Positions 47,383 to 58,233 of a stretch of 64,000 nucleotides of DNA are shown piece after piece (position 1 is the first letter of the stretch; each line of letters opens with the position of its first letter). Under the pieces are notes generated by a model. That model was not told the origin of the DNA. It made no database searches and worked only from the letters and a program-made list of their open reading frames with translations. Origin of the DNA: an uncultured bacterium (GTDB lineage: Bacteria; Hydrothermota; Hydrothermia; B15-G9; WFZT01); contig CAZNDM010000050.1 of the NCBI GenBank assembly GCA_964571845.1, forward strand, positions 11,676 to 75,675, written 5' to 3'. Position numbers and translations under genes: made by a program.

Positions 47383-48531
47383 ATGAAAGTTGACATCGTC
47401 GTCGTTGCCGCAGGATCAGGTAGAAGGTTTGGGAAGGACAAAATCTTTTTTGATCTATTTGGCAGGCCCTTGGTGTTCTACACATTAAAAAATCTCTTCT
47501 CGGCTTTCGAGTTTGAGAGGAAAATCCTGGTGCTGAATCCGGGAAAAATTGAGGAAGGAAGGAAGAAGCTCCTGCCCTTTTTCCAGGATCTTATCATTGT
47601 TCCCGGAGGAAAGGAGAGGACGCATTCTGTTCTGAATGGAGTGAAAAAAACGCTGTCAGAGTATGTTTTGATTCACGATGGGGCAAGACCATTTGTGCCG
47701 ACTGATGTGGTAAAAAGAGTTATTGGTTCCCTCAAATCCCATCCTGCTGTTACGCCAGCGGAACCGGTCAGGGATACAATAAAGTATTATGAAGGCGAGT
47801 TTGTGTTCAAAACCCTTGACCGGTCTGGTTTAAAATCCATTCAGACACCCCAGGGATTTGAGAGGAAACTTATTCTGTCGGCGCTTGAGTATGCGTTGAG
47901 AGAGGGGCTTGTTTATACTGATGAGACAACACTTGTTGAAGAGTTTGGCATAAAAACAAAATATGTGTCAGGAAATCCATTAAACTTCAAAATCACTTAC
48001 AGAGAGGATATGGAAATGGCGGAAAAAATACTTTCGTCGAATCTTAGGACAGGTGTGGGCTTTGATATCCATAGATTTGCCGAAGGTAGAAAAATGATAC
48101 TTGGAGGAATCGAAATTCCGTGTGAATTCGGTCTCGCAGGTCATTCAGACGGGGATGCTTTGACACATGCTGTTATTGATGCCCTGCTCGGCGCTACAGG
48201 TATCGGTGACATTGGAGAGCTTTTCCCGGACACGGATGAGAAATATAGGGATGTTAAAAGCACCGATTTGCTTGTTCAGGTGGTCGATTTGATAAACAGC
48301 AGAGGGTTTTTCCCTGTGAATGTAGATGCTGTGGTCATTACTGAAAAGCCAAAAATTTTGCAATACAGGGAAAGGATAGTTGAAAATCTTGCCGGGATTC
48401 TAAAGATCCCGACTGATAGGGTTTCGGTTAAGGGAAAGACTGCTGAAAAAATGGGGTTTGTGGGAAGGAAAGAGGGACTCGCGGTAATAGCAAATGCCCT
48501 TGTTGTGGAGGTCAAAAATGAGAATGGTTGA
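47383..48531 (+). CDS. ispDF: Bifunctional 2-C-methyl-D-erythritol 4-phosphate cytidylyltransferase / 2-C-methyl-D-erythritol 2,4-cyclodiphosphate synthase
   Basis: N-terminal 'VVVAAGSGRRFG' (IspD). C-terminal 'GVGFDIHRFAEG...GHSDGDALTHAVIDALLGA' (IspF). A known fusion type. Confidence 0.9.
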   Translation: MKVDIVVVAAGSGRRFGKDKIFFDLFGRPLVFYTLKNLFSAFEFERKILVLNPGKIEEGRKKLLPFFQDLIIVPGGKERTHSVLNGVKKTLSEYVLIHDGARPFVPTDVVKRVIGSLKSHPAVTPAEPVRDTIKYYEGEFVFKTLDRSGLKSIQTPQGFERKLILSALEYALREGLVYTDETTLVEEFGIKTKYVSGNPLNFKITYREDMEMAEKILSSNLRTGVGFDIHRFAEGRKMILGGIEIPCEFGLAGHSDGDALTHAVIDALLGATGIGDIGELFPDTDEKYRDVKSTDLLVQVVDLINSRGFFPVNVDAVVITEKPKILQYRERIVENLAGILKIPTDRVSVKGKTAEKMGFVGRKEGLAVIANALVVEVKNENG

Positions 48532-49819
48532 AATAATTAAAAAGAAAAGGGATGGTGGTAAATTATCTCACGAAGAGATTTCATTTTTTGTGGAATCTTA
48601 TGTTAGAGGTGATGTGCCCGATTATCAGGTGAGTGCTCTTCTGATGGCAATTTACTTTCAGGGAATGGATTTCGAGGAGACAATGAATTTGACCAGAGCA
48701 ATGATAGATAGCGGTGTTACAGTTGATCTTACAGATCTCAGGGGTCCCAAGGTTGACAAGCATTCGACAGGTGGGGTGGGGGATAAAATTTCACTTATTC
48801 TCGCACCACTTGTTGCCTCCTGTGGAGTTGTGGTGCCGATGATATCCGGGAGGGCTCTTGGTCACACCGGTGGAACGCTTGATAAGCTTGAATCCATACC
48901 GGGATATAGAACCAACCTTTCGATAAATGAGTTTGTCGAGGTTTTGAAGGAAATTGGTGTATCGATAATAGGACAGACAGAGGAACTTGTGCCAGCCGAT
49001 AGGAAGCTCTACGCCCTCAGAGATGTAACGGCAACTGTGGAAAGTATTCCATTGATTACATCAAGCATAATGTCGAAAAAGGTTGCAGAGGGTATCGACG
49101 GGCTTGTGCTCGATGTAAAAACTGGATCAGGTGCATTTATGAGGAAAATCGAGGATGCGAGAGCCCTTGCTGAATCTCTCGTTGAAACCGGGAAATTGAT
49201 GGGGAAAAGAGTCGTAGCTTTGATAACGAATATGGATCAACCACTTGGCAGCGCCGTTGGAAACGCTATTGAGGTCGTCGAGTCAGTTGAAGTGCTAAAA
49301 AACTCAGGACCCGAGGATGTAAGAGAGCTGTCCATAAGACTTGGTATCGAGATGCTTATTATAGGTAATGTCGTAAAAAGTCCAGAAGAAGCAAGAGAAA
49401 AGCTGGAGGAGGCACTTGATTCTGGCAGGGCTTATGAGAAATGGCGTCAGATGGTTATTCGGCATGGCGGTGATCCTGATGCAGTTGAAAGAGATGACTT
49501 TATCAAAGTAAAGGGTTCATACTGGGTGAATTCAGAGGATGATGGCTATCTTTTTTCATTCGATACTTTCAAAGTCGGAATGGCGGCAACGGTTCTTGGT
49601 GCTGGTAGATCAAAAAAAGAAGATAAAATTGATCCGGATGTTGGGATAAGGGTTTTAAAGAAACTTGGCGATAGAGTTTCAAAAGGAGAACCGGTTTTCG
49701 AAGTTCTGTACAACGATGAGAAAAGGTTAAGGGATGCTCTGGGGTATCTCGAAGGATCGTTTAAAGTGAGCAATAAGCCTCCCGCCCAATTTAAACTGGT
49801 CATTGAAAGGATTTCGTGA
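48494..49819 (+). CDS. Pyrimidine-nucleoside (thymidine) phosphorylase
   Basis: 'MRMVEIIKKKRDGGKLSHEEI...LMAIYFQGM', 'KHSTGGVGDK'. The likely true start is the ATG at ~48521, which follows the RBS 'ggaggt'. Confidence 0.85.
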   Translation: MPLLWRSKMRMVEIIKKKRDGGKLSHEEISFFVESYVRGDVPDYQVSALLMAIYFQGMDFEETMNLTRAMIDSGVTVDLTDLRGPKVDKHSTGGVGDKISLILAPLVASCGVVVPMISGRALGHTGGTLDKLESIPGYRTNLSINEFVEVLKEIGVSIIGQTEELVPADRKLYALRDVTATVESIPLITSSIMSKKVAEGIDGLVLDVKTGSGAFMRKIEDARALAESLVETGKLMGKRVVALITNMDQPLGSAVGNAIEVVESVEVLKNSGPEDVRELSIRLGIEMLIIGNVVKSPEEAREKLEEALDSGRAYEKWRQMVIRHGGDPDAVERDDFIKVKGSYWVNSEDDGYLFSFDTFKVGMAATVLGAGRSKKEDKIDPDVGIRVLKKLGDRVSKGEPVFEVLYNDEKRLRDALGYLEGSFKVSNKPPAQFKLVIERIS

Positions 49820-49861
49820 ACCATGGAGGAATGTGTTTAGTATTGTGAGGAGGTTTTCCAA

Positions 49862-50215
49862 TGACCTCCTCCTTCGCCGGGGAAATTCTAAACTCCACAA
49901 AGCTTTGCCTTGTGGGGGAATTGAGGAGGGGCAGGCAGATCTGACAGGAAGAAGCAGGTGGGCTTTTATTGCCCTCCCTTTAATCCCCTCCCGCAGGCGG
50001 GAGGGGGTGTGGACACTTTTCACATGCTGCTATGCAAGGTGTTGAAGAGCAATCGACAAACTCCTCCCCCACTTCGCTGGGGAAATTCTAAATTCCTCCC
50101 CCACTTTGTGGGGGAGGATTGAGGAGGGGGCAAAAAGAGCAGATCTGCTGGAGGGAAGGAGATGAGGTATTTTCCCCTCCCCTCAATCCCCTCACACTTC
50201 GTGGGAGGGGAGTTT
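49862..50215. repeat. Cluster of GC-rich palindromic repeat elements, including two ~85-bp direct repeats
   Basis: Hairpins 'cccctcccgc-agg-cgggagggg', 'ccccactttgtggggg', 'cccca-cttcgc-tgggg' and 'cctcacacttcgtgggagg', each with an 'attgagg'/'cctcaatcc' flank. The ~85-bp direct repeats are at 49862..49945 and 50062..50152. 'ttgccctccctttaatcccctcccgc' echoes the 4700 and 25410 copies. Confidence 0.6.
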
Positions 50216-50407
50216 GTAGGTAGTCCCCTTCATGTAACGGAAAGGGAAGTTGGGTGTAATCTTTCCTACAAGATGGGATTTTGCAAGCATAGGGGTGGAA
50301 ATAAAGAGGTTTTTTCGCAAAATAAAGAGGGAGTAACCACTTGTAAAATATTTTTCGAACACCCTACAGTGTTTGTTTGACTATATATTTGGGCTGAATT
50401 AAAATTA

Positions 50408-51178
50408 ATGCCCATGAGAAAAAGGATTATAGCGGGAAATTGGAAGATGCATAAGACCCTTACAGAGGGTCTTGAGCTTGTTGAGATGCTCAAAGCTGGA
50501 TATGAGCCTGACGGATATTACGAAGTTGTTGTACATCCCCCATATACGCTTCTTTATTCTGTCTCCAAGGCGCTTGAGGAGAGTGAGATAAAGCTTGGAG
50601 CCCAGAATGTGTTTTACGAGGATAAGGGGGCTTTTACAGGAGAAATTTCGCCATTAATGTTGAAAGATCTGGGCGTGGAATATGTAATAGTCGGGCACTC
50701 AGAGAGGAGAAAGTACTTTCACGAGGACAATGAGACAGTGTTGAAAAAGGTAAAAGCGGTTTTGAGACACGGTATGAAACCCATTGTGTGTGTGGGGGAG
50801 ACGCTCGAGGAGAGGGAGAGAGGCGAGGCAAAAGAAGTTGTGGGTAAGCAACTGTCCATATTTCGTGAAATCCCAGTGGGTGATATGGAAGATGTTGCCA
50901 TCGCCTACGAGCCGGTATGGGCAATTGGTACGGGAAAGACAGCAACGCCTGATACAGCTCAGGAAATGCACGCATTTATACGCGAAAAGCTTGAAGAGAT
51001 TTTTAACCGTGAGATAGCACTGAATGTCCCCATTCTGTACGGAGGCAGTGTTAAGCCCAATAATGTCTATGATCTGACATCAGAAGAGGACATCGACGGT
51101 GCACTCGTAGGTGGTGCATCGCTGGATGCGGACAGCTTTCTTGCCATAATTAAGAACGCTGCAAGAAAAATAATTTAG
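50408..51178 (+). CDS. tpiA: Triosephosphate isomerase
   Basis: 'IIAGNWKMHKT', 'IVGHSERR', 'CVGETLEERE', 'AYEPVWAIGTGKTAT'. Confidence 0.9.
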   Translation: MPMRKRIIAGNWKMHKTLTEGLELVEMLKAGYEPDGYYEVVVHPPYTLLYSVSKALEESEIKLGAQNVFYEDKGAFTGEISPLMLKDLGVEYVIVGHSERRKYFHEDNETVLKKVKAVLRHGMKPIVCVGETLEERERGEAKEVVGKQLSIFREIPVGDMEDVAIAYEPVWAIGTGKTATPDTAQEMHAFIREKLEEIFNREIALNVPILYGGSVKPNNVYDLTSEEDIDGALVGGASLDADSFLAIIKNAARKII

Positions 51179-51196
51179 AGAAGAGGGAGGAGTTTT

Positions 51197-51523
51197 ATGC
51201 TTTACAAAATTCTTGTTGCGATTTACCTCGTGACAGTGATTTTGATGGTAATCGTGATACTGCTGCAGGAGCCAAAAGAGGGTGGTCTGTCAGCCGGTAT
51301 AGGTGGAGCTGGAGTGGAAAACATACTTGGAGTGAGAGGTGCCCCGACATTCTTTACAAAACTTACAGCAGCACTTGGGGCAATATTTTTAACCCTCTCT
51401 TTGATTCTCTCACTCCTGCATTCTCCTTCACAAAGAACAGGTAGTGTAATTGAGAAAGAGGTGAAAAAAGGTGGCATCCAGTTGCCACCCATTCAGGCTC
51501 CACAGAACCCACAAAATCAATAA
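51197..51523 (+). CDS. secG: Preprotein translocase subunit SecG
   Basis: 108 aa. Two TM helices with a G-rich loop 'EGGLSAGIGGAGVENILG'. Confidence 0.75.
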   Translation: MLYKILVAIYLVTVILMVIVILLQEPKEGGLSAGIGGAGVENILGVRGAPTFFTKLTAALGAIFLTLSLILSLLHSPSQRTGSVIEKEVKKGGIQLPPIQAPQNPQNQ

Positions 51524-51538
51524 AGGAGGAGAAGAAAA

Positions 51539-51853
51539 ATGTATGTGGTCCTCGAAGCCGGTGGAATGCAGTTTATAGCAAGGGAAAATGAAACCCTGAT
51601 AATACCTAAAATAAAAAACGAAGTGGGCGAGAAGATAACTTTCGACAAAATTCTTCTTTACAAAAATGGAGATGAAATTCTGATCGGAAAACCATACCTT
51701 GACAATGTCAAAGTAGAAGCCGAGGTAATTGCCCACAAAAAACTCCCCAAAGTTGTCGTCTTCAAATTCAAAAGACGCAAAAATTACAAAAGGAAGAAGG
51801 GACACAGACAACCTGTTACGGAAATCAAAATAACAGGAATTTCGAAAGAATAA
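51539..51853 (+). CDS. rplU: 50S ribosomal protein L21
   Basis: 'MYVVLEAGGMQFIAREN...', 104 aa, basic C-terminus. Confidence 0.85.
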   Translation: MYVVLEAGGMQFIARENETLIIPKIKNEVGEKITFDKILLYKNGDEILIGKPYLDNVKVEAEVIAHKKLPKVVVFKFKRRKNYKRKKGHRQPVTEIKITGISKE

Positions 51854-51877
51854 AATAACCTTAAGGAGAGAGTAGTT

Positions 51878-54800
51878 ATGGGGTTGCAGAAGGGATTTTG
51901 GATGGGGATTTTTATTTTATTTTCTTTTTTGCATCCGGAATTCCTTGATCTGAGGCAGACCAAGAATTTTGACTACGATCTGATCATTCTCACCGAAGAC
52001 TCCCTTGTCCCTGCATTTCAGGATTTCATTGATCTTAAATGGAAAACAGGGATAACGACGAAAATCTTTGGTGTTTCGTTCGTTAAGCAGAGTTTCCCGG
52101 GTGGAGACACTCAGGAGAAGATCAGAAACTTTATAAGACATTATCATAATCTTGGCACTGATTATTTTCTCCTTGCGGGGGACCACGGGGTAATTCCTGC
52201 GAGATTCCTTTATGTCCCGATGAATGGTACGGCAGATGATCACATCCCAACTGATTTTTATTACATGTGTCTTGACGGGAATTTCAATGCTGACGGCGAT
52301 ACACTCTATGGCGAGTTCAACGACAGTGTGGATGTAACTCCAGATGTGAAAGTTGGGCGGCTACCTGTAAAAAATTCCCGTGATGTGGAAAATTATCTCT
52401 ATAAACTCATGTCATACATGTTCTCTCCCTATCCCGGGTTGAATAAAGCTGTTTTTATAGGCTCTGATATAACCACACCGGGTTCTGGCGCACAGTACTG
52501 TATAGCAGTTGAAGATTCTTTCCCTGAAAATGTGGAGAAAATAGAATTTTATGAGACCACATCATCTAATAATTCAAAAGATGAAGTCCTTGATACTCTC
52601 AGTCAGGGAGCAGGATTTGTTTATGGCAATCTCCATGCTCAATCCTTTGACAGGATGCTCGTTAATTTCACTCCGAGAAGGAGCATCACAAATTATGACA
52701 TTGACAGGAGGCTTTCCAACTACGGCATGCCAGGATTTTATGACATTGTTACATGTCACATCGGGGGTTTTGATACTGATGCCCTTATTGAGCATCTTAT
52801 TCTTGATTCCTCGGGAGCAGTAGGAGCTTACGCAACAACGAGGTTAAATTATCCTGCCATAACGATAAATCTCAACAGGTATTTTTACGGACAGCTTTTT
52901 TCACACGATGTCACGAGAATAGGGGACCTCGATTTTTTAACAAGGATGAGGTATTCAGATTATGCTGCCAATTTTATAAATTACAGGTATGTGATTTTTT
53001 CCTATGTTCTGTTTGGGGACCCAACCCTGCAACTTTGGCAAAGGTTTCCTTCTCCTGTAAGTGTAGTTTATGACACGACATATTTTGATTCTATACTCGT
53101 GATAACAGCCACTGACACTGTGGGAAACCCCATTGTTGGAGCGAGAGTGGTAATCTATTCAGAAGGATCCTTTCTCTCCACCGGGTTTACAGATGACAGT
53201 GGTAGAGCCGTTTTGAAAGTGAAGCCGGGATCGATGAGTATTTTTATCGAAAAGAAGGGTTATCAGAACTTTCTTGATTCTATTGATGTTGCCCCACATG
53301 GACCTGCAATTAAATTCTTTGGTCTGCGATTTTCCCGTTATCCACTAATCCCGGGAGACACCGTTTCACTCGATGTCGGGATTGTTAATCTGGGTAATGA
53401 TGTTGGTGGAAATTTCAGAATAGAAGCAATATCAAGTGATTCAAATATTCAGGTGATCAGGAGTGGTTTTACAGTTGAAAGGATTGAACCTGGAGACACA
53501 ATCCTTTTAAGTGATAGTGTGGTGATAGCTATAGGTGATAGTGCGCGTGATATGGAGGAATTTGATATTAAGATTTTCTGTACAGGTTCTGATACTATTG
53601 CATCCGATAGCATTCACGGGGTTGTGAAAAGATCAAATCTCAGAGGAATTTTTATTGGCGTGTCCGGTGACACGTTGCTGAGTTTGAAGGTTGGCGTTCA
53701 GAATCTTGGCACTCTAACGAGCAGGGAATTTGTTGTAGGTCTTTTACCGGGCAACTATTCGATGATTGATTCTGTTGTGTGGGTTGATTCTCTTGGAGGA
53801 TTTGGGTTAACAGAAATTCATGGTCTTAGATTGCTGATTGATGATAATTTTGACAGTACTATTGGAGTTTATGTCCGCGATAGATTTTCCGTTGACACAT
53901 TAATTGTTGGAGTTGGCACACCGCGTGGTGTGAGAAACTTTGTCTTTACCCCATATCCAGAAGGTGTGCGATTGGCGTGGGAGGAGGTTGACGGTGCCAG
54001 CGGTTATGCCGTTTACCGCAGTCAGGACGGTAGAGATTATTATCTCGCTGGTTTTGTGCAGGGGACAAGTTTTTATGACAGTATCACAGGAGCGGTTTTT
54101 TATAGAATAGCTGTTGTAGATTCAGCGGGATTTTGCGGTGAACCTGGTGAGCCGGTAAGTGTCAGGTCAAATTTTGCAATAAAAGACGGTTTCCCGGTGT
54201 ATGCAGAGGGTGGCGTATATGGTTCTCCAGTTGTGGGTGAGTTTGATGCTGCTTATCCGGGCAAAGAGATTCTAATTGCGAGTTTCCCCTATGGATATGT
54301 TTATCTTTATCATGCGGATGGGACACTTGCTGATGGGTGGCCTGTTTTTCTTGATGGTGAGATATGGGCATCACCTGCCATGGCAGATATTGATGCTGAT
54401 GGTGAGGATGAGGCTCTGATCGTTTTGCGTTCGTCTAATGAGGTACATGTTTTTAACGGCGATGGAACGGAGGTTGACGGATGGCCTGTACATACAGCAC
54501 GTGGAACCTTTTACACACCTGCGATAGGTGATCTCGACGGGGACGGTTTGCCGGAGATAGTCATAAATGACCAGTCATCGGACCTTTTTGTCTTTCGTCA
54601 TGATGGTACTGGATTTCGGGATTCAACTGGTGAATTTTTGAATGTTGGCAACTGGTGGAAAGCTGGATCACCTGTGATTTTTGATTATGACGGAGATTCC
54701 CTTGATGACATCGGGATTGGATTGTATTCAAATGGCCATCTTTACTTTTCTGTTTTTTCCGGAACAGGAGATACACTTTTGATGATTCCGCTGGATTCCC

Positions 54801-55651
54801 GTATTTCATCTCCGCCAGTTGTTGGAGAATTCAGAAGGGATTTTGAAGGAAACGAAATTTTGATAAATGACAATGGCACGCTTAAGCTTTTTGATCACGC
54901 CGGAAACCTGATTGTTTCTTATGAAGGATTTTACACAGCAGTGGCGGCTGATGTGAATTTTGATGGAGAACTTGACATTGTTGGGACAACGGATCGGGGT
55001 GTGAGAATTTATTCTTCAAGGGGATTGGAGATGTTGAATAGAGAGTTTCAAAGTGTTGATTACTATCTTAAGGAACCGGTTGTTGGTGATGTGGATGGAG
55101 ATAGAGTCCCGGAAATTTTGTTTGAAAGCTTTATGGCAAGCGAGCTAATTTCTGTGGAGCTCGATAGCTCTATAACACCGGGATTTCCGTTTAATCTCGT
55201 GGAATCTCCTGGATACTGCATTCCTATACTTGATGATATCGACGGAGATGGATTGATGGACATTATTGTAGCCAGTACATTTGACAGCGTGTGGGTACTC
55301 GAGACTCAGGCTCCTTTTGATCCTTCCCGTGCGCTGTTCCCTGTTGAAAAATACGATTATAGGCGAACGGGATTTGTCGAGTTTGTGCCAACAGGAATAC
55401 ATCAAGGGGAGCTAAACATGAACTTTGTCCTTTACCCAACAGTTACGAAGGGAATGGTTACCATTGAGACAGGGGAATATCCTGTAACGGTAACCTTTTA
55501 CACAACTGACGGAAGAGTGGTTAAGAGATTTTCCAAAGTAGCTTCCAATACTTTAAAATTAAAGCTCGATTTTCCATCAGGGATTTATTTCTACAGAGTA
55601 AAATCAGCAAAAGGGATTGTTAAAACCGGGAAATTATTGCTTCTAAGGTAA
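51878..55651 (+). CDS. Peptidase C25 (gingipain)-like protein with FG-GAP/VCBS-type repeats and a type IX secretion C-terminal sorting domain
   Basis: N-terminal '[27 protein letters not shown]...VGRLPV' resembles the C25 N-terminal region. Candidate His/Cys dyad ('GNLHAQSF', 'TCHIGGFD'). Six or more 'DxDGDGxxEI' repeats. C-terminal ~80 aa resembles T9SS CTDs. Confidence 0.6.
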   Translation: MGLQKGFWMGIFILFSFLHPEFLDLRQTKNFDYDLIILTEDSLVPAFQDFIDLKWKTGITTKIFGVSFVKQSFPGGDTQEKIRNFIRHYHNLGTDYFLLAGDHGVIPARFLYVPMNGTADDHIPTDFYYMCLDGNFNADGDTLYGEFNDSVDVTPDVKVGRLPVKNSRDVENYLYKLMSYMFSPYPGLNKAVFIGSDITTPGSGAQYCIAVEDSFPENVEKIEFYETTSSNNSKDEVLDTLSQGAGFVYGNLHAQSFDRMLVNFTPRRSITNYDIDRRLSNYGMPGFYDIVTCHIGGFDTDALIEHLILDSSGAVGAYATTRLNYPAITINLNRYFYGQLFSHDVTRIGDLDFLTRMRYSDYAANFINYRYVIFSYVLFGDPTLQLWQRFPSPVSVVYDTTYFDSILVITATDTVGNPIVGARVVIYSEGSFLSTGFTDDSGRAVLKVKPGSMSIFIEKKGYQNFLDSIDVAPHGPAIKFFGLRFSRYPLIPGDTVSLDVGIVNLGNDVGGNFRIEAISSDSNIQVIRSGFTVERIEPGDTILLSDSVVIAIGDSARDMEEFDIKIFCTGSDTIASDSIHGVVKRSNLRGIFIGVSGDTLLSLKVGVQNLGTLTSREFVVGLLPGNYSMIDSVVWVDSLGGFGLTEIHGLRLLIDDNFDSTIGVYVRDRFSVDTLIVGVGTPRGVRNFVFTPYPEGVRLAWEEVDGASGYAVYRSQDGRDYYLAGFVQGTSFYDSITGAVFYRIAVVDSAGFCGEPGEPVSVRSNFAIKDGFPVYAEGGVYGSPVVGEFDAAYPGKEILIASFPYGYVYLYHADGTLADGWPVFLDGEIWASPAMADIDADGEDEALIVLRSSNEVHVFNGDGTEVDGWPVHTARGTFYTPAIGDLDGDGLPEIVINDQSSDLFVFRHDGTGFRDSTGEFLNVGNWWKAGSPVIFDYDGDSLDDIGIGLYSNGHLYFSVFSGTGDTLLMIPLDSRISSPPVVGEFRRDFEGNEILINDNGTLKLFDHAGNLIVSYEGFYTAVAADVNFDGELDIVGTTDRGVRIYSSRGLEMLNREFQSVDYYLKEPVVGDVDGDRVPEILFESFMASELISVELDSSITPGFPFNLVESPGYCIPILDDIDGDGLMDIIVASTFDSVWVLETQAPFDPSRALFPVEKYDYRRTGFVEFVPTGIHQGELNMNFVLYPTVTKGMVTIETGEYPVTVTFYTTDGRVVKRFSKVASNTLKLKLDFPSGIYFYRVKSAKGIVKTGKLLLLR

Positions 55652-55653
55652 TC

Positions 55654-56721
55654 ATGTACGAAGAGATAAAGGAGAAATTCAAGAGACTGGAAGAGCAGCT
55701 GCAGGATCCAACAATCCTGAGCAATCAGGAGAAGTATGTTGCTATTGCGCAGGAGTACAAGGAATTAAAGGGTCTTGTTGAGAAGATTGAGAAACTTGAG
55801 AGCCTTTTGAAGGAACTCGAAAATGTAGAGGCGATGCTCGAAGAAGAGCAGGACGAAGAGATGCGCGACTTTTTAAAGGATGAGAAAATCAAAATAGAGA
55901 GAGAAGTTGAGAGACTTGATCGCGAGATAAAATTCTCACTCGTGCCGGCAGACCCGGAGGACTCGAAGAATGCTATAATGGAAATTCGTGCAGGTACCGG
56001 TGGCGAGGAAGCGGCACTCTTTGCCAGAGATCTGTTCAGGATGTACACAAAATATGCAGAAAAGAAGGGCTGGAAAGTGAGCGTTACTGATCTTCACGAA
56101 ACGCCGCTTGGTGGCTACAAGGAAATTATCTTTATGATTGAAGGTAAAGGCGTTTATGGACGGTTAAAATACGAGTCTGGAGTTCACAGGGTGCAGAGAA
56201 TTCCTGTAACTGAAACTGGCGGTAGAATCCATACATCATCAGCATCTGTTGTAGTGCTACCTGAGGCTGAGGAGCAGGAAGTCGAAATCAATCCCGAGGA
56301 GTTGAAAATTGAGACCTTCAGAGCAAGTGGCCCTGGTGGCCAGCATGTAAATGTTACTGACTCTGCAGTAAGGATAACACATTTGCCGACGGGAATTGTT
56401 GTCGCATGCCAGGATGAGAGATCACAGCATAAAAACAGGGCGAAAGCCCTTCGAATACTGAGGGCAAGACTTCAGGATCTTTACCGTAAAGAACGGGAAA
56501 AAGAGATAGGTAGTAAAAGGAAGAGTTATATTGGAACTGGCGACAGAAGTGAAAAGATCCGTACATACAATTTCCCTCAAAATCGCGTAACGGATCATAG
56601 GATAAATTTAACAATTTATAACCTTGAAGGGATCCTTGATGGGGATCTTGATGAACTGCTTGACAGACTCCATGAAGTGGAAATGGAGAAGAAATTGAAG
56701 GAGCTAACAGCAGCAGGCTAA
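55654..56721 (+). CDS. prfA: Peptide chain release factor 1
   Basis: 'GGQHVN' and an RF1-type tripeptide region '[14 protein letters not shown]'. 355 aa. Confidence 0.9.
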   Translation: MYEEIKEKFKRLEEQLQDPTILSNQEKYVAIAQEYKELKGLVEKIEKLESLLKELENVEAMLEEEQDEEMRDFLKDEKIKIEREVERLDREIKFSLVPADPEDSKNAIMEIRAGTGGEEAALFARDLFRMYTKYAEKKGWKVSVTDLHETPLGGYKEIIFMIEGKGVYGRLKYESGVHRVQRIPVTETGGRIHTSSASVVVLPEAEEQEVEINPEELKIETFRASGPGGQHVNVTDSAVRITHLPTGIVVACQDERSQHKNRAKALRILRARLQDLYRKEREKEIGSKRKSYIGTGDRSEKIRTYNFPQNRVTDHRINLTIYNLEGILDGDLDELLDRLHEVEMEKKLKELTAAG

Positions 56722-56887
56722 AGAGTTTTCACCACCCACCATATACCCACCGACTTTTGCATAATAAATGAAAAATCACAAAAAGAACCGGTAATTCCGT
56801 TCGAATATACAGAAAATTTTGTATAAATTTCCAAATATACAAAGTCGTTGATGATATATCTCTTTTCACTTAAAATTCTCAAAAAAT

Positions 56888-58222
56888 GTGGAAAGGAGAG
56901 CGAATATGAGACCCGAGATTAAAACTGAATTACCGGGACCAAAGGCAAAAGAGGTGATTGAAAGGGATAGCAGGTATGTTTCTCCTGCTTATACCCGTAG
57001 TTATCCATTTGTAATGGCTCGTGGCCAGGGATCCTGGGTATGGGACATCGATGGAAATCTGTTCCTGGACATGACAGCAGGAATTGCTGTTACAACCACC
57101 GGGCATTCACATCCTGAAGTTGTAAAGGCGATAAGCGAACAGGTGTCGAAATTTCTCCACATGGCAGGTGCAGATTTCTACTATGAAAATCAGACCCTGC
57201 TCGCTGAGAAACTTGCCGAGATAGCCCCCGGGGCAAAAAACAGGCGTGTTTTCTTTGCCAATTCCGGTACAGAGGCTAACGAAGCGGCTTTAAAACTTGC
57301 AAGGTATCACACAAAGAGACCCATATATCTCGCCTTTTATAAGGCTTTTCACGGCAGAAGTTTCGGATCCCTATCACTCACTGCATCCAAAGCGGTTCAG
57401 AGACGGTATTATGCTCCTATGGTTCCTCAGGTAGTTCACATTCCTTTCCCTGATCCTTACAGACCACCTTTTGGCATACCTGCGGATAAGCTCACTGATA
57501 CTATAATTGATTTTATTGAAAATACAGTGTTCAAGACCGTTGCTCCCCCGGAAGATGTTGCTGCTTTCATTGTAGAACCCATGCAGGGAGAAGGCGGTTA
57601 TGTGGTCCCACCAGCAGATTTTTATCCCAGACTTTATGAGCTATTAAAGAAATACGACATCCTTTTCATAGATGACGAAGTTCAGGCTGGTATGGGGCGG
57701 ACCGGTAAGATGTTTGCAATTGAACACTTTGGTGTCATTCCTGATGTTTTGACAGTGGCTAAAGGTATCGCATCAGGACTTCCCCTTGGAGCAGCTATTG
57801 CCAAAACATCACTCATGAACTGGGAGCCTGGTTCTCATTCTTCCACATTTGGTGGAAATCCGGTCGCAATTGCCGCTGCATTAAAAACCATTGAGCTTCT
57901 TGAAAACGGTCTCGTTGAAAATGCTGCAAAGATGGGCGAACTTCTCAAAAATGGTCTAAAAGAAATACAGAAGAAATTCGAATTTGTTGGAGATGTCAGG
58001 GGCCTTGGATTGATGATAGGTGTTGACATCGTGAAAGATCGGGAAACAAGGGAGCCAGATTCCAAGCTGCGCGACAAGATTGTTTACAGGTGCTTTGAAA
58101 AAGGACTGCTCGTTCTCGGAGCCGGTGAGAGTGTGGTCAGATGGTCTCCTTCTCTTGTGATAACGGAAGAAGAGGTTAATGTGGCCCTTGAAATTTTTGA
58201 AGAAGTGTTAAAATCAATTTAG
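56888..58222 (+). CDS. Class III PLP-dependent aminotransferase (GabT/ArgD-like)
   Basis: '[31 protein letters not shown]', '[11 protein letters not shown]'. The likely true start is the internal ATG at ~56906 (MRPEIK), after 'aaaggagag'. Confidence 0.8.
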   Translation: MERRANMRPEIKTELPGPKAKEVIERDSRYVSPAYTRSYPFVMARGQGSWVWDIDGNLFLDMTAGIAVTTTGHSHPEVVKAISEQVSKFLHMAGADFYYENQTLLAEKLAEIAPGAKNRRVFFANSGTEANEAALKLARYHTKRPIYLAFYKAFHGRSFGSLSLTASKAVQRRYYAPMVPQVVHIPFPDPYRPPFGIPADKLTDTIIDFIENTVFKTVAPPEDVAAFIVEPMQGEGGYVVPPADFYPRLYELLKKYDILFIDDEVQAGMGRTGKMFAIEHFGVIPDVLTVAKGIASGLPLGAAIAKTSLMNWEPGSHSSTFGGNPVAIAAALKTIELLENGLVENAAKMGELLKNGLKEIQKKFEFVGDVRGLGLMIGVDIVKDRETREPDSKLRDKIVYRCFEKGLLVLGAGESVVRWSPSLVITEEEVNVALEIFEEVLKSI

Positions 58223-58233
58223 GAGGAAACAAA

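Noticed and set aside
56888-56906. Track start of the aminotransferase (alternative start codon, 'MERRAN' extension)
   Set aside because: An in-frame ATG ~18 nt downstream (MRPEIK) is preceded by a good 'aaaggagag' RBS. The upstream extension probably is not translated. The same logic applies to 48494 versus 48521 (pdp), 30513 versus 30525 (rmlD) and 60804 versus 60888 (crotonase).
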